Shown: positions 19,693 through 29,962, counted from the stretch's first letter. The stretch: 64,000 bases of DNA from Planctomycetota bacterium (GCA_043803805.1 JAZDJP010000086.1:7271-71270), one strand, 5' to 3'. The notes: generated from the sequence alone by a model not told the origin. Numbers and translations: made by a program.

Positions 19693-20094
19693 TTATGGCG
19701 AATCGGGCGGTTTCGGGTCCGATTTCGGAACAGTCGTCCGAAAGTCGAGTTTGTGTTCGGGTTCCGGCGTGAATCCGGTAATCTGTCCGGCGGCATCAAG
19801 AACCGGACGGGCTGGCGTATATCCTTTCTTATCGCGAATCGGCATTCCGGACATGGTGATTTCTAATTTTGGAATCATGATATGCTTGCGATGGACCGTG
19901 TTATCGATGTGATAGGCGTATTGGAAATGATGAGTCGTTTCATCGGAAAACCGATAGACCCAGGCATAACTCCACAGTGATCCACCATAAAACCCTCGGT
20001 TCTTCGGCAAGGCGTTGAGTTCTTCGCGATGGCATACTGACCGGCAACCGGAAGTGACGGTCAGCAAGAGTGCCAGAAGTGTTATCCGTTTCAT
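19693..20094 (-). CDS. Hypothetical lipoprotein
   Basis: MKRITLLALLLTVTSGC lipobox; RBS-like GAGGGAAG; lower GC. Confidence 0.7.
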   Translation of the reverse strand: MKRITLLALLLTVTSGCRSVCHREELNALPKNRGFYGGSLWSYAWVYRFSDETTHHFQYAYHIDNTVHRKHIMIPKLEITMSGMPIRDKKGYTPARPVLDAAGQITGFTPEPEHKLDFRTTVPKSDPKPPDSP

Positions 20095-20429
20095 CGTCTT
20101 CCCTCTTTCGGCGAACAACGACTCACGATTCGCGATACACGCCTCACGGAATCTACGCCCGTGGCGTTCATCCCCTGGCGGAATACTTTTACGGACATGG
20201 CTCCTGATAAGTATAACCAATCAGGAAGAACGCCAATACGATTTTTCGGAAAGGGTCATCGGTCATGAAGAATTCAGGAGATCGAGAGTTCACGTGAAAA
20301 GGCGGATTCCGAATTCGAAATTTCATCTTCGCTTTCGCTTCACGAAATCCGCTCGCCTTCCCGCCGTAGCCCTTTGGGCGAAGGAGTGTATCTCGCGGAA
20401 AAGAAGTTGGGGAGTTCTGAAGTTCACCG

Positions 20430-20500
20430 GACTTCCCGACTCCCCGACTCCCCGACTCTCAGACTCTCAGACTCTCAGACTCTCAGACTCTCAGACTCTT
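20430..20500. repeat. 8-bp tandem repeat (GACTCTCA/GACTCCCC)n
   Basis: ccgactccccgactccccgactctcagactctcagactctcagactctcagactctcagactct. Confidence 0.9.
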
Positions 20501-20501
20501 C

Positions 20502-21845
20502 TCAAGGTATCCACGCCCCATGCTTCCGCAGCCGCGCCCGCAGGTCCTCGGTGTCCACCTTCCGGGTGTCCCCGCCGGCCTTCGCGGCCAGCGCCGCCGC
20601 CACCCCCGCCGCCTCGCCCGTCACGAGGCACACGGGCATGATGCGCACGCTCCCCTGCACGGCGCGGTCGGCGGAGATGCACCGCCCCGCGACGAGCACG
20701 TTCGACAGGTTCCGCGGCACCAGGCACCGGTAGGGGATGCCGTGGCTTTCGCCTGACCGATAGCGTTCGGCGCGGGCCTCGAGCCCGTCGAGGGATTTTT
20801 CCGCCGGGCCGGCCGCCTCCGCCTTCGAGGTGTGGATATCAATATAGTAACAGTTCCGGCCGATGTCGTCGGGGAAGGAGCGCCGGGCGCGGTAGTCGTC
20901 CACGGTCAGCACATGATCGCCGAGAATGCGCCGGGTCTCGCGGATGCCCATGAGGGGGGCCGTCACCGCCAGGTGGGCGGCGCCGAAGGCCAGGGGATGG
21001 AATTCCCGCAGCCCCTCGCGGATGTCCCCGGCGATTTTCCGGCCTTCGATCATGGCCGTCGTGAGCGACTCCGGATCGGTTCCGTCCACGTCCCAGAGGT
21101 GGCCCGCGTTGAACCCCACCGTTCCGGGGCCGGTCTGCGCGTTGCAGAAGTGGAGGTCGCGGACGCGGGGGTACCGGCCCGAGGCGATCATGGCCCGCAC
21201 GGGGCTGGCGGGGTTGCTCCCGTTCAGCCCCGGTCCGGCGTTGAGGGGAAGGACGTTCACGTTCGACAGGGCAAAACAATGCGTCGCGGGCTGGAGTTCC
21301 CCGGCGGCGTCGCCCTTTTCGAACGGCGCCCCGGCCCAGGCGGCGATGTCGCCGTCCCCCGTGGCGTCCACATAAATCATGGAACGGACCGCGGTGAGCC
21401 CGGCTTTGCTGGCGAGGATCACGGCGGTGACGCGGCCCTTCCCGTCCGTCTCGACGGCGCAGGCCGTGGTGAAAAACAGGAGTTTCACCCCGGCGGCGGT
21501 GACGAGGTCGTCGTAAATCCGTTTGAGTTGCTCGGGGTTGATCCGGGCCCAGTCGAGTTTTTTCGCCTCGGGCGGCGGGAAGGCCCTCCGGGAGGCCATG
21601 AACACCGTTTCGGCGATGCCGCGGTGGATGATTTTTTCCCCGTCGGTGATCGGGCACCACGCCGGGACGAGCCCCGCGGTGCCCATTCCGCCGAGGATGC
21701 CGGTGCCCTCGATGAGGAGCGTCCGCGCCCCCTCCCGCGCGGCGGCGGTCGCGGCGGCGCACCCGGCCGGCCCGCCCCCGGCGACGACGACGTCGAAGTC
21801 CCCGGCGAGGGGGATGTTGCGGGGGGAGAGGGGGTGGAGGGGCAT
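20502..21845 (-). CDS. FAD-dependent oxidoreductase (FAD_oxidored family)
   Basis: DVVVAGGGPAG, LGGMGTAG, YVDATGDGD, GIRETRRI, IPYRCLVP, VAGRCIS, GEAAGVAA. Confidence 0.92.
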   Translation of the reverse strand: MPLHPLSPRNIPLAGDFDVVVAGGGPAGCAAATAAAREGARTLLIEGTGILGGMGTAGLVPAWCPITDGEKIIHRGIAETVFMASRRAFPPPEAKKLDWARINPEQLKRIYDDLVTAAGVKLLFFTTACAVETDGKGRVTAVILASKAGLTAVRSMIYVDATGDGDIAAWAGAPFEKGDAAGELQPATHCFALSNVNVLPLNAGPGLNGSNPASPVRAMIASGRYPRVRDLHFCNAQTGPGTVGFNAGHLWDVDGTDPESLTTAMIEGRKIAGDIREGLREFHPLAFGAAHLAVTAPLMGIRETRRILGDHVLTVDDYRARRSFPDDIGRNCYYIDIHTSKAEAAGPAEKSLDGLEARAERYRSGESHGIPYRCLVPRNLSNVLVAGRCISADRAVQGSVRIMPVCLVTGEAAGVAAALAAKAGGDTRKVDTEDLRARLRKHGAWIP

Positions 21846-21972
21846 GGGGTTCTCCTTCGTGGGGATGGCGGCTTCTGGCCGCCGTCCGACTGCCCCCATC
21901 CTACCATGCGGGGAGGGAATTTGTCTCGCACGGAACGGTTGACTTTCTGGATTTTTGGGCTGTAATAAGGCC

Positions 21973-22791
21973 ATGTCCGATCGCGCCCGGGAGATGATCG
22001 CCGCCGACGATGCTCTCGTGGACATCGAGGGACTGCTCCGCCGCGCCGGCCGGGCGCTGGGGCTTCATCTTTGTTTCCATGACGGGCGGGGACAGACTGC
22101 CCGGCTGCCCTCCCGGTGGAAACAGCACGGCGCGCCCGGCTGCCGGCGGGTCAAGGCAACCCACCTGGCGGAATGCGTGGCGTTCGACATGGGGGAGGTG
22201 CACCGGGCCCTCGCCGGCCGGCCCGAGGGGCGCGTCCACACCTGCCCGTTCGGCGTCACCGAGATGGCGGTGCCCGTCATGATCGAGGGGCTTTTCGCCG
22301 GGGTGCTCTTCGCCGGGGCCTGTTGGCGGGGGCGCGGCCGGCCGCCCCATCCGGGGATGATCGTCGTGCGCGACCGGGACTGGCTCGAGGACCGGTTGCT
22401 GCTCCTGCGGGGCGTCGCGGCGCAACTGGCCGCCGCCCTCCGGGGGCCCGGGACGCGCCCGGCGGGGGACCGGCGCGACGCGATCCTGGGGTACCTCCGC
22501 GACCGGATCGCCGCGCCGGTCTACCTCCCGGACCTGGCCGGCCACCTGGCGCTTTCGCCCTCCCGCGCCCGGCACGTGGTCCGGGAGGTGTTCGGCATGA
22601 CGTTCTCCGCGCTCGTCCGGTCGGTGAAACTCCGGGAGGCCGCGATCCGCCTGCGCACCACGGACCTGCCGGTCGGAGAGGTGGCCCGTCAGGTCGGCGT
22701 CCCGGATCCGAATTACTTCTCCCGGATGTTCTCCCGGGAATTCCGGATGGGCCCGCGCGCCTACCGCCGGCGGAGCCGGGCGGAGCCGTGA
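21973..22791 (+). CDS. AraC-family regulator with a PocR-like sensor domain
   Basis: N-terminal HxxPxC..C..TCPFGVTEMAVPV; C-terminal double HTH ending VARQVGVPDPNYFSRMFSREFRMGPRAYR. Confidence 0.9.
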   Translation: MSDRAREMIAADDALVDIEGLLRRAGRALGLHLCFHDGRGQTARLPSRWKQHGAPGCRRVKATHLAECVAFDMGEVHRALAGRPEGRVHTCPFGVTEMAVPVMIEGLFAGVLFAGACWRGRGRPPHPGMIVVRDRDWLEDRLLLLRGVAAQLAAALRGPGTRPAGDRRDAILGYLRDRIAAPVYLPDLAGHLALSPSRARHVVREVFGMTFSALVRSVKLREAAIRLRTTDLPVGEVARQVGVPDPNYFSRMFSREFRMGPRAYRRRSRAEP

Positions 22792-22810
22792 GGCGTCCCG
22801 GCCGCGGCGA

Positions 22811-23956
22811 TCAGCGGTTGGCGGCCCAGCGGTCCAGGGTGTCCAGGATCACCGCGTAATTCCGGAGGGTGCCGGCCGGGAGTTCCCGCCCGTAGGGGCA
22901 CGCCGACGGCATCAGGACGAACCCGCGGCCCTCCCCGGCCGTCCCCTCGTCGAGGGCCTGTTGCACCTTCTCCGCGAAACGGTCCGGCGGCAGGATCTCG
23001 ATGTCGCTCACCTCGAGGTTCCCGAACAGCACGAATTGCTTCCCATAACGCTCGCGGACGTACCGGAGCGCCACGTCTCCCTGGGGGGGCGGCTCGACCG
23101 GGTCAAGCCCCATGGCCCCCGTCGCGGCGATGTGATCCAGGACCCCGCGGAGGTTGCCGTGGCAGTGGACGCGGGCGAAACCGCCGTGGCGGTGGATGGC
23201 GGCGACCATGCCGGTCACATACCCGGTCACATACTCCCGGAAGAGATCGGGCGGGAGGAAGGGAGCGGTGGCGTATTCCGGCCCGACGATGCGCCAGAGC
23301 CGCCCGGGCAGGGCCGCGGCCACGGCCTCCGTTCGCGGCAGGATCTCGCGCGCGAACCGGTCGAGAAGCCGCCGGAAGAGCGCCCGCTCGGTCATCGCCA
23401 GGATCGTGTAATCCCCCATGTCGAAGAGGGACGCCGCCGCGCAGAGGGGGTCGGAGGCGTTGATCATCACGATGCCCGTGTCTCCGAGCGCCGCCTCCGC
23501 GGCGAGGACGCCCGCGGGATCGGGGACGCCGCCCGCCGGGGGCTCGGGAAGCGCGAGGTAGGCCTCGACGTCCGCCGCGTCCTTGAGGAGATGCTCCGTC
23601 GTCCAGAGGGTGTTCACGTCGGGATCCCGGCGGGTGCGCCCGGTGAGGACGCGGCCGCCCGTGGCGATCGTCGTGGTGACGTGGCGGGATCCGTTTTCGA
23701 TCCGTATCGTTTTTGTTGTGAGCGCCGCGACGGGGTCCGGCGCCGCCGCCCGGACCGGCACGGAGCGCATGACGATGCGGTCCGTCCGATCCCGGGTCAT
23801 CGCGATGAGCGGCCGCCAGGAGGGATGCAAATAAATATTGAAGGGGTCGGGATCCGCCGGGTTCTCATCCAGCCCGTTCAATTCGTAGAAGGACACCGCC
23901 GGGCGGTCCACCGGCGCCCCGCGCAGCGTGGCGAGCAGTCGGTCGCGGCGGGTCAC
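22811..23956 (-). CDS. Uroporphyrinogen decarboxylase / MtaA-like family protein
   Basis: MTRRDRLLATLRGAPVDRPAV, RVHCHGN, LDPVEPPPQGD, LFGNL, GFVLMPS. Confidence 0.85.
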   Translation of the reverse strand: MTRRDRLLATLRGAPVDRPAVSFYELNGLDENPADPDPFNIYLHPSWRPLIAMTRDRTDRIVMRSVPVRAAAPDPVAALTTKTIRIENGSRHVTTTIATGGRVLTGRTRRDPDVNTLWTTEHLLKDAADVEAYLALPEPPAGGVPDPAGVLAAEAALGDTGIVMINASDPLCAAASLFDMGDYTILAMTERALFRRLLDRFAREILPRTEAVAAALPGRLWRIVGPEYATAPFLPPDLFREYVTGYVTGMVAAIHRHGGFARVHCHGNLRGVLDHIAATGAMGLDPVEPPPQGDVALRYVRERYGKQFVLFGNLEVSDIEILPPDRFAEKVQQALDEGTAGEGRGFVLMPSACPYGRELPAGTLRNYAVILDTLDRWAANR

Positions 23957-24918
23957 CGGTAAATCCCCTCCTTGCGCCAGATGTCGAGCATGAGATCATA
24001 ACGGGCCAGCGGCATTCCCGTGTAGATGCAGTTGGAGGTGCCGAAGATGTATCCGCCGCCGGGCATCCCGTCCCGGAGGGCCCGGCGCGCGTCCGCGGCG
24101 ACCTCGTCGTCCGTGCCCGTCTGGAGGAGGGCGCAGTTGACGTTCCCGATGAGGCACACGCGGCCGCCGACGGCGCGTTTGAGATGCGCGAGGTCCATCC
24201 CCCCCTGCGGGTCCAGGCTGTGCAGGGCGTGGGGTTTCGCCGCGAGGATGGCATCGAGCACGGGCATGAGGTTTCCGTCGGAGTGCTTGATGACGTAAAA
24301 GCCCATCTCCCGGCAGGCGCCGATCTCGCGGGCCAGGTAGGGGGCCACAAAATCATCAAACATGGCCGGGGACAGAAACGGCCGGTCGTTCAGCGCGTAG
24401 TCCACGCACATTCCGAAGCCGTCCACCGTCCCCCAGCGGCGGATCCGTTCCGCCCGGGCGATGGCGTCGGCTTCCCGGCGGGCGTTCCCCGCGCGCACGT
24501 CGTCCGGCCGGTCGGCCAGGCGCTCCACGAATTCCATCATGTCGGCGCCGGCGGGCATGCCCATCGTACCGTCCCCATGGACGGCGAGGAAGAATTCCCG
24601 CCCCGAAAGATCCCGGACGTGCTCGATCGCGCGCCGCGTGTCCTCCTCCTCCCAGCCGCGCGGCTCGTGGAAGAAGATTCCGGCCCAGCCGTAGTGCCGG
24701 GCGGCCTGGATGTAAAGGTCCGCGACGTCGCGGCGGTGGAGGTCGCGTTCCGTTTCGGTCATCTGTTTCCACTGGCTGAAGTGGCGCTGGAACGGGGAGA
24801 TCCGGCCGAAGGCCTCCATGGTGAGGAAGAACGCGAGTTCGAAATGGGGGACCGGGCCCGGGAGAGGAGGCTTCCGTTCGAGGGCGTTCACGAACCGGTC
24901 GCGGGGGGTGACGGTCAT
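23953..24918 (-). CDS. Uroporphyrinogen decarboxylase / MtaA-like family protein
   Basis: MTVTPRDRFVNALERK, FLSPAMFDDFVAPY, KHSDGNL, LIGNVNC, GGGYIFGTSNCI. Start at the ATGA overlap. Confidence 0.87.
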   Translation of the reverse strand: MTVTPRDRFVNALERKPPLPGPVPHFELAFFLTMEAFGRISPFQRHFSQWKQMTETERDLHRRDVADLYIQAARHYGWAGIFFHEPRGWEEEDTRRAIEHVRDLSGREFFLAVHGDGTMGMPAGADMMEFVERLADRPDDVRAGNARREADAIARAERIRRWGTVDGFGMCVDYALNDRPFLSPAMFDDFVAPYLAREIGACREMGFYVIKHSDGNLMPVLDAILAAKPHALHSLDPQGGMDLAHLKRAVGGRVCLIGNVNCALLQTGTDDEVAADARRALRDGMPGGGYIFGTSNCIYTGMPLARYDLMLDIWRKEGIYR

Positions 24919-25559
24919 GCCTTCTCCTCCATGGCGGCAAGCCACGCGTCGGCCATCACCGCGTACCCGGACGGGGACGGGTGGACGCCGTCCGGGGCCC
25001 AGTAGGCCGGCGGGGCCTTGGCGAGCGCCGCGTCGAAGGCGGCCTGGAGCGGCACGAACACCGCGCCGAATTCCGCCGCGAGTTTTTTCACGGAGGCCCG
25101 GCGCCGGGCGAGTTCGGGAAGCCAGGCATCCTCCACCGGGCCGGTCTTGAGGAGGAACGGCTCGCACAGGACCAGTTTCACGACGGGGAGTTTCTCCCGG
25201 GTGTACGCGAGCAGCATCCGGTAGACCCGTTCGAACATCTCCGGCTCCACCCCGGTCTGCTTGGTGATTTCGTGGACGGTGTCGTTCACCCCGACGAGGA
25301 TGCTGATGACGTCGGGCGCGAGGATGATGGCGTCCGATTTCCACCGGGCTAATAAATTGGTGACGCGGTCCCCGCTCACCCCGCGGTTCAGGATGCGCAG
25401 GGTGTCCTTCGGCCGCGCCGCCAGCAGCCGCGCCGCGATCTGCGTCACGTAGCCATGCCCCAGGCCGGCCGGGCGGTTCGGGTCCGCCCCGTCGCGCGAA
25501 CGGCCCGCGTCAGTGATGGAATCGCCCTGGAACAGGACGAGGGAATTGGCGGGAATCAT
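24915..25559 (-). CDS. SGNH/GDSL esterase
   Basis: FQGDSITD, NRGVSG, LVGVND, DGVHPS. Confidence 0.93.
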   Translation of the reverse strand: MIPANSLVLFQGDSITDAGRSRDGADPNRPAGLGHGYVTQIAARLLAARPKDTLRILNRGVSGDRVTNLLARWKSDAIILAPDVISILVGVNDTVHEITKQTGVEPEMFERVYRMLLAYTREKLPVVKLVLCEPFLLKTGPVEDAWLPELARRRASVKKLAAEFGAVFVPLQAAFDAALAKAPPAYWAPDGVHPSPSGYAVMADAWLAAMEEKA

Positions 25560-25583
25560 GGTAGCGTCTCCGAAAGCGCGCCG

Positions 25584-26654
25584 TTATCGTGTCCGGCGGG
25601 CGGCCACGCGCGCCTCCCGCCCCGTCTTCGCCGACGCGTACACGGCGTCCAGGATGGCCTGCACCGTGAGGGCCTGTTCCACCGTGCACAGCGGCTTCTC
25701 GCGCCCGAGGATGGTGTTCACCCAGTTCACGAACCGCTCGGCGTGGGGGAAGGGGATCGCCACCCCCTGCGGCTCGACCACCTCGTACTCGCCGGCTTTT
25801 TTCGCGGCGCGGAAAATGCGCGGGGGAAGGACGCTCGCGCCGCCTTCGGTGCCGAGGAGCTCGACATTGTTGCGGCTCTTTGTTTCTTGATGGCAGGCCC
25901 ACGACACCCCGAGTTCCACGGTCGCGCCCCCCCGGAACTTGATGAGGGCGACGGCGAGATCCTCCACCGTGAAGACGTGCTTGCCGCGGTCGGACCGGCC
26001 CCATCCGCCCTCCCCGAGCCCGCGGTTTCCGAATTTCGTGTAGACGGCCCCGGAGACCGATTCCGGCTCCCAGAGATCCGCCAGGTGCAGGCAGAGGTCC
26101 AGCATGTGGACGCCGATGTCGAGCATGCACCCGCCGCCGGCGAGGTCCTTCCGGCAGAACCACGTCCCGAACCGGGGGATGCCGTTGCGGCGCCACCAGT
26201 AGGCCCGCGCGTGGTAGATTTCCCCGAGATCCCCGCGCCGGACGATCTCGCGGATGGTCTGGGAGGCCGTCTCGAACCGCTGGTTCATCCCGATCATGAG
26301 GACGCGTTTCGACTTCCGGGCCGCCGCGGCGACGCCGAGCGCTTCCTTCAGGGTGAAGGCGAAGGGCTTGTCGAGCATGACATGTTTGCCGGCCTGGAGG
26401 GCCGCCCGGGCCACGGGGGCGTGGAGGGCGTTGGGGAGCGCGATGGAGACGGCGTCCACGTCGCGGTCGCGAACCACATCCTGCCACCGATCGTAACGCC
26501 GCGTGATGCCGTGGGCCTTCTGCAGCGCCTCGGCCCGTTCGCGGCTGGCGTCCGCGACGCAGACCACCCGGGCCTCCGGGTGTTTCAGGATGCCCTTGCA
26601 GTGGGATCCCGCGATCGCCCCCGCCCCGATCATCCCCACGCGCAGACTCGCCAT
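25584..26654 (-). CDS. Gfo/Idh/MocA oxidoreductase
   Basis: GMIGAGAIA, ALPNALH, KHVMLDKP, GGGCMLDIGVHMLD. Confidence 0.93.
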   Translation of the reverse strand: MASLRVGMIGAGAIAGSHCKGILKHPEARVVCVADASRERAEALQKAHGITRRYDRWQDVVRDRDVDAVSIALPNALHAPVARAALQAGKHVMLDKPFAFTLKEALGVAAAARKSKRVLMIGMNQRFETASQTIREIVRRGDLGEIYHARAYWWRRNGIPRFGTWFCRKDLAGGGCMLDIGVHMLDLCLHLADLWEPESVSGAVYTKFGNRGLGEGGWGRSDRGKHVFTVEDLAVALIKFRGGATVELGVSWACHQETKSRNNVELLGTEGGASVLPPRIFRAAKKAGEYEVVEPQGVAIPFPHAERFVNWVNTILGREKPLCTVEQALTVQAILDAVYASAKTGREARVAARRTR

Positions 26655-26810
26655 GTCATTCCTCCCGTGAACGATCCCGGTTCCCTCCCGGGCCGGGCCA
26701 TTATCGCACGGCGGGCGCGGAATTCCAGTCTCCTCCGGACCGTCGGGTCTCTATGTCTTTGACGAACGGGCCAAAATCGGGGACAATGCCGGGTGAAGGG
26801 GGGGGGCTTC

Positions 26811-27722
26811 ATGGAAACGCGGGGAATCCCGGTCATTCTCGACACCGACATCGGCACGGACATTGACGACACCTGGGCGCTGGCCATGTTGCTCGGGTGC
26901 CCGGAACTGGATCTGAAACTCGTCACCACCGCCACCGGCGACACGGAATACCGGGCGCGCCTGGCCGCGCGGTTCCTGGAGGTCGCGGGCCGCGCCGACG
27001 TCCCGGTGGGAGTGGGGGTGCCGACGGTCATGAAGGACGATCATCGCAACCAGGCGCCCTGGGTCGCCGGATACGAACTCCGGCACTACCCGGGCCGGGT
27101 CCACGCGGACGGCGCCGGGGCGCTGGCGGATGTCATCCGGCGGTCCCCGGAGCCGGTCACGGTCATCGCTATCGGGCCGCTTTCCACCGTGGCCGCGGCG
27201 CTCGTGCGCGATCCGGAAATCGCCGGACGGGCCCGATTCGTGGGGATGCACGGGTCCATCGCCTGGAGCCATCACGGCGCCGGCGGGGTGATCGCCGAAT
27301 ACAACGTCAAGCACGACATTGCGGCTTGCCAGGCCGTGTTTGCGGCGCCGTGGAAAAAGGTCATCACGCCGCTGGACACCTGCGGCCGGGTGCGCCTGAC
27401 CGGCGAAAAGTACCGGGCCGTGGCGGAGTCGGCCGACCCGCTTGCCCGCGCGGTCATCGCGAACTACGAGGTCTGGAAAGTGTCCGGGGGCTGGGTGAAG
27501 ACGCCGGGGGAAAGTTCCATCCTGTTCGACTGCGTGGCCGTCTACCTGGCCTTTGCCGACGCGTTGCTCGACGTGCGCCGGATGACTCTCGCCGTTACGG
27601 ACGACGGCTTCACCCGGGAGGACCCGGCCGGCGCGGACATCCGCGTCGCGATGGCCTGGAAGGATCTTGCGGCCTTCGAGGATCTGATTGTCGGGCGGCT
27701 GACCGGGGGTGTGGTTCGTTGA
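26811..27722 (+). CDS. Inosine/uridine-preferring nucleoside hydrolase family protein
   Basis: ILDTDIGTDIDD, IAIGPLS, AEYNV, PLD, LFD. Confidence 0.9.
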   Translation: METRGIPVILDTDIGTDIDDTWALAMLLGCPELDLKLVTTATGDTEYRARLAARFLEVAGRADVPVGVGVPTVMKDDHRNQAPWVAGYELRHYPGRVHADGAGALADVIRRSPEPVTVIAIGPLSTVAAALVRDPEIAGRARFVGMHGSIAWSHHGAGGVIAEYNVKHDIAACQAVFAAPWKKVITPLDTCGRVRLTGEKYRAVAESADPLARAVIANYEVWKVSGGWVKTPGESSILFDCVAVYLAFADALLDVRRMTLAVTDDGFTREDPAGADIRVAMAWKDLAAFEDLIVGRLTGGVVR

Positions 27723-27792
27723 TACGACGTGTGTGTTCCGTGGAAAAAGCGATGGATGTGGAATCCCGTCATGCGCGATATGAGGAGCCGAT

Positions 27793-28893
27793 ATGAAAAA
27801 CGCCATGACCCGTGTTGACACCCACGCTCACCTCTTTCGCGGGATTGACGGGATCCCGGACCTCAACCGGATCGCCCGGGATCTCGGGTTCTCCGGGATG
27901 GTGATCGCCGGCATCCCCCGGCGGGAGATCGGCAACCACAACCCGGCGGCGCTGGCGGCGAAGGCCCGCCGGCCGGAGTTTTATTATTGTTTCGCGGGGC
28001 TCGACCATTCCGCGAAATTCACGGGAGGCCGGGTGACGACGCCGTCGCTTGCGGCGCAGGCGGAGACCCTCGCGGCGCTCGGGGCCGACGGTTTTAAATT
28101 AATTGAAAGCAAACCAACACTGCGCCGGGAACTGGGCGAGCCCGTGGACGGGCCTTACTACGCGGCGTTCTTCGCCCGCGTCGAGACGCTGGGACTGCCC
28201 CTTCTCTGGCACACCGCCGACCCGGAGGAATTCTGGGACCCGGCCGCGACGCCGGCCTGGGCGGCCTCGCGCGGGTGGGCTTATGGGCCGGGGTGGCTTC
28301 CGAAGGAACGCCACTACGCCGAGACGGAGGCGGTGCTCGCCCGCCATCCGCGGCTCCGGGTGATTTTTCCCCATTTTTATTTTTTGTCCGCGGACCTCCC
28401 CCGGGCCGGGGCGTTTCTCGCGCGGTTCCCGAACGTATTTTTGGATCTCGCCCCCGGGGTGGAATTGATTTTCACCCTTGGGGCGAACCGCGACGCCGCG
28501 CGGGACTTTTTCGTCCGCCACGCGGACCGGATCGTCTTCGGGACGGACATCGGCATCATCCCCGAGGCCACCGTGTCGGAGAACGTCCACCGGGCGCGGC
28601 TCGTGACGCGGTTCCTCGAGACGGACGAGGAATTCGGCCACGACCCGGAGGCGGATTTCGTGCTCGAGCCGCTGCCGGGGGCGCGGGCGAGGGGCCTCGC
28701 GCTGCCGCCCGCGGCGCTGGAAAAAATCTATTCCGGGAATTTCCGGGCGATCGCCGGGGCCGCGCCCCGCGTGTTCGACCGCGCGCGGGCGCGGGAGGAA
28801 TGCCGGCGCCTCGCCGGCGTGTTCGACGCGTTACCGGGGGAAAAGACCCCGGCGCTCCATCCCGCGCGGGCGGCGGAGATGATGGAGGCGTAA
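27793..28893 (+). CDS. Amidohydrolase family 2 protein
   Basis: DTHAH, GFKL, LWHTADP, IFPHF, IVFGTD. Confidence 0.88.
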   Translation: MKNAMTRVDTHAHLFRGIDGIPDLNRIARDLGFSGMVIAGIPRREIGNHNPAALAAKARRPEFYYCFAGLDHSAKFTGGRVTTPSLAAQAETLAALGADGFKLIESKPTLRRELGEPVDGPYYAAFFARVETLGLPLLWHTADPEEFWDPAATPAWAASRGWAYGPGWLPKERHYAETEAVLARHPRLRVIFPHFYFLSADLPRAGAFLARFPNVFLDLAPGVELIFTLGANRDAARDFFVRHADRIVFGTDIGIIPEATVSENVHRARLVTRFLETDEEFGHDPEADFVLEPLPGARARGLALPPAALEKIYSGNFRAIAGAAPRVFDRARAREECRRLAGVFDALPGEKTPALHPARAAEMMEA

Positions 28894-28963
28894 CCGGGAT
28901 GCCGTCACGCGGATCGGGTGGGGGCGTCGCGGGATTTATCTGGTAGAAAAGGGGGAGTGCCGC

Positions 28964-29335
28964 TCATCCCGGCTTCAGCCGCCGGATCTCCTCCGTCGCG
29001 GCCGCGGGTGAAATTTCGCCTTTTTCGAGACGCTCCAGGACGTCGCTCGTGCCCGCCTCCCGTTCCTCCTCCGTCCGGATGCCGGTCCGGACGAGGAATT
29101 CCTCGAACCGGATTTTGGCGGTGGGGTAGGAGACGCCGAGGGTCTTGGCGACCTCGGAAAGGTTGCCGCGCGTCTTCAGGAACATCATCAGCATCTCCCG
29201 GTCCCGTTCCTCCACGTGCAGGAGCGGCGCCGCGGTGAAATCCCCTTCGATTTCAGTGCCGCATCCGCCGCACCGGTAACGGCGAACGGAAAGTTCCCGG
29301 TCGCAGGCAGGACAGCGTGAAAGAGAGGGTCTCAT
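28964..29335 (-). CDS. DUF2089 family protein (Zn-ribbon + HTH)
   Basis: CPAC..CGGCGTEIEGDF, GNLSEVAKTLGVSYPT, LERLEKGEIS. Confidence 0.9.
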   Translation of the reverse strand: MRPSLSRCPACDRELSVRRYRCGGCGTEIEGDFTAAPLLHVEERDREMLMMFLKTRGNLSEVAKTLGVSYPTAKIRFEEFLVRTGIRTEEEREAGTSDVLERLEKGEISPAAATEEIRRLKPG

Positions 29336-29409
29336 TTCCCATTCTCCCGGTATGTGGCGGAGAGTGCGGGGGCGCCGCCCCCGCTGGCGAGCACCTCTTG
29401 TTCGTCCGC

Positions 29410-29474
29410 AAGCCCATATTTATTGGGCGCGAACATCGTTTCAGTTCCGTTGTGAGCGCCCAATAAATATCTCA
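29410..29474. repeat. 65-bp inverted-repeat element, copy 1
   Basis: aagccc-ATATTTATTGGGCGC-(25 nt)-GCGCCCAATAAATAT-ctca; identical copy at 35256-35320. Confidence 0.9.
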
Positions 29475-29939
29475 TTTCATGCGCTCCCGGATGTCCTGAA
29501 ACGCCTTATCGCTCGAGATCTTCCCGTTTTCGAGGTCGCGGAGGATATCGGACACGGGGCGGGGGCCGGCCGCCCGGCGCCGCGCCTGCCCCGCGGCCCG
29601 GACGGCGAGGCCCAGAAGCCCGAACGCCCCGATGCCCACGAGAAGGAACGGCCAGTCGCGGCCCCACCGCCATCCCGGGAGGTAATCGAAGTTGGCCGCG
29701 AGGAATAATCCCCCGAGCGCGATGAGGAGAATATGCGACAGGGCCCTTCCGGTCCGGACGGCATCCCCGCCGCGCATCCAGAGGACGAAATCCCGCGCCA
29801 GCCGCCAGACCCCGAGTCCCGCCAGGAGAAACGGCCAATCCCGGCGCCACACCCAAAACGAAAACGCCCCATAGTTCAGCGCAAGCAGCAGGACGCCGAA
29901 CATCACGAAAAACAACGACCATCGAAGACTGCGCGGCAT
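29472..29939 (-). CDS. LiaF/DUF5668-like membrane protein
   Basis: Two internal repeats (GxLxLAxNx...W.RDWPFLLxGxG) and a C-terminal LENGKISSD helix. Confidence 0.75.
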   Translation of the reverse strand: MPRSLRWSLFFVMFGVLLLALNYGAFSFWVWRRDWPFLLAGLGVWRLARDFVLWMRGGDAVRTGRALSHILLIALGGLFLAANFDYLPGWRWGRDWPFLLVGIGAFGLLGLAVRAAGQARRRAAGPRPVSDILRDLENGKISSDKAFQDIRERMK

Positions 29940-29962
29940 GGACGTCCTCCCTGAAAATTATC

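Noticed and set aside
19660-20130. Lipoprotein gene as a second integron cassette (GTTCGCC just upstream)
   Set aside because: No complementary GGCGAAC or attC-like palindrome downstream of the stop.
19601-20500. Short repeats as a CRISPR array
   Set aside because: Units are 8-10 bp in tandem with no unique spacers, and there are no cas genes.
22811-24918. Calling the UroD-family genes hemE
   Set aside because: No RQAGR substrate-binding motif, and the context is sugar catabolism.
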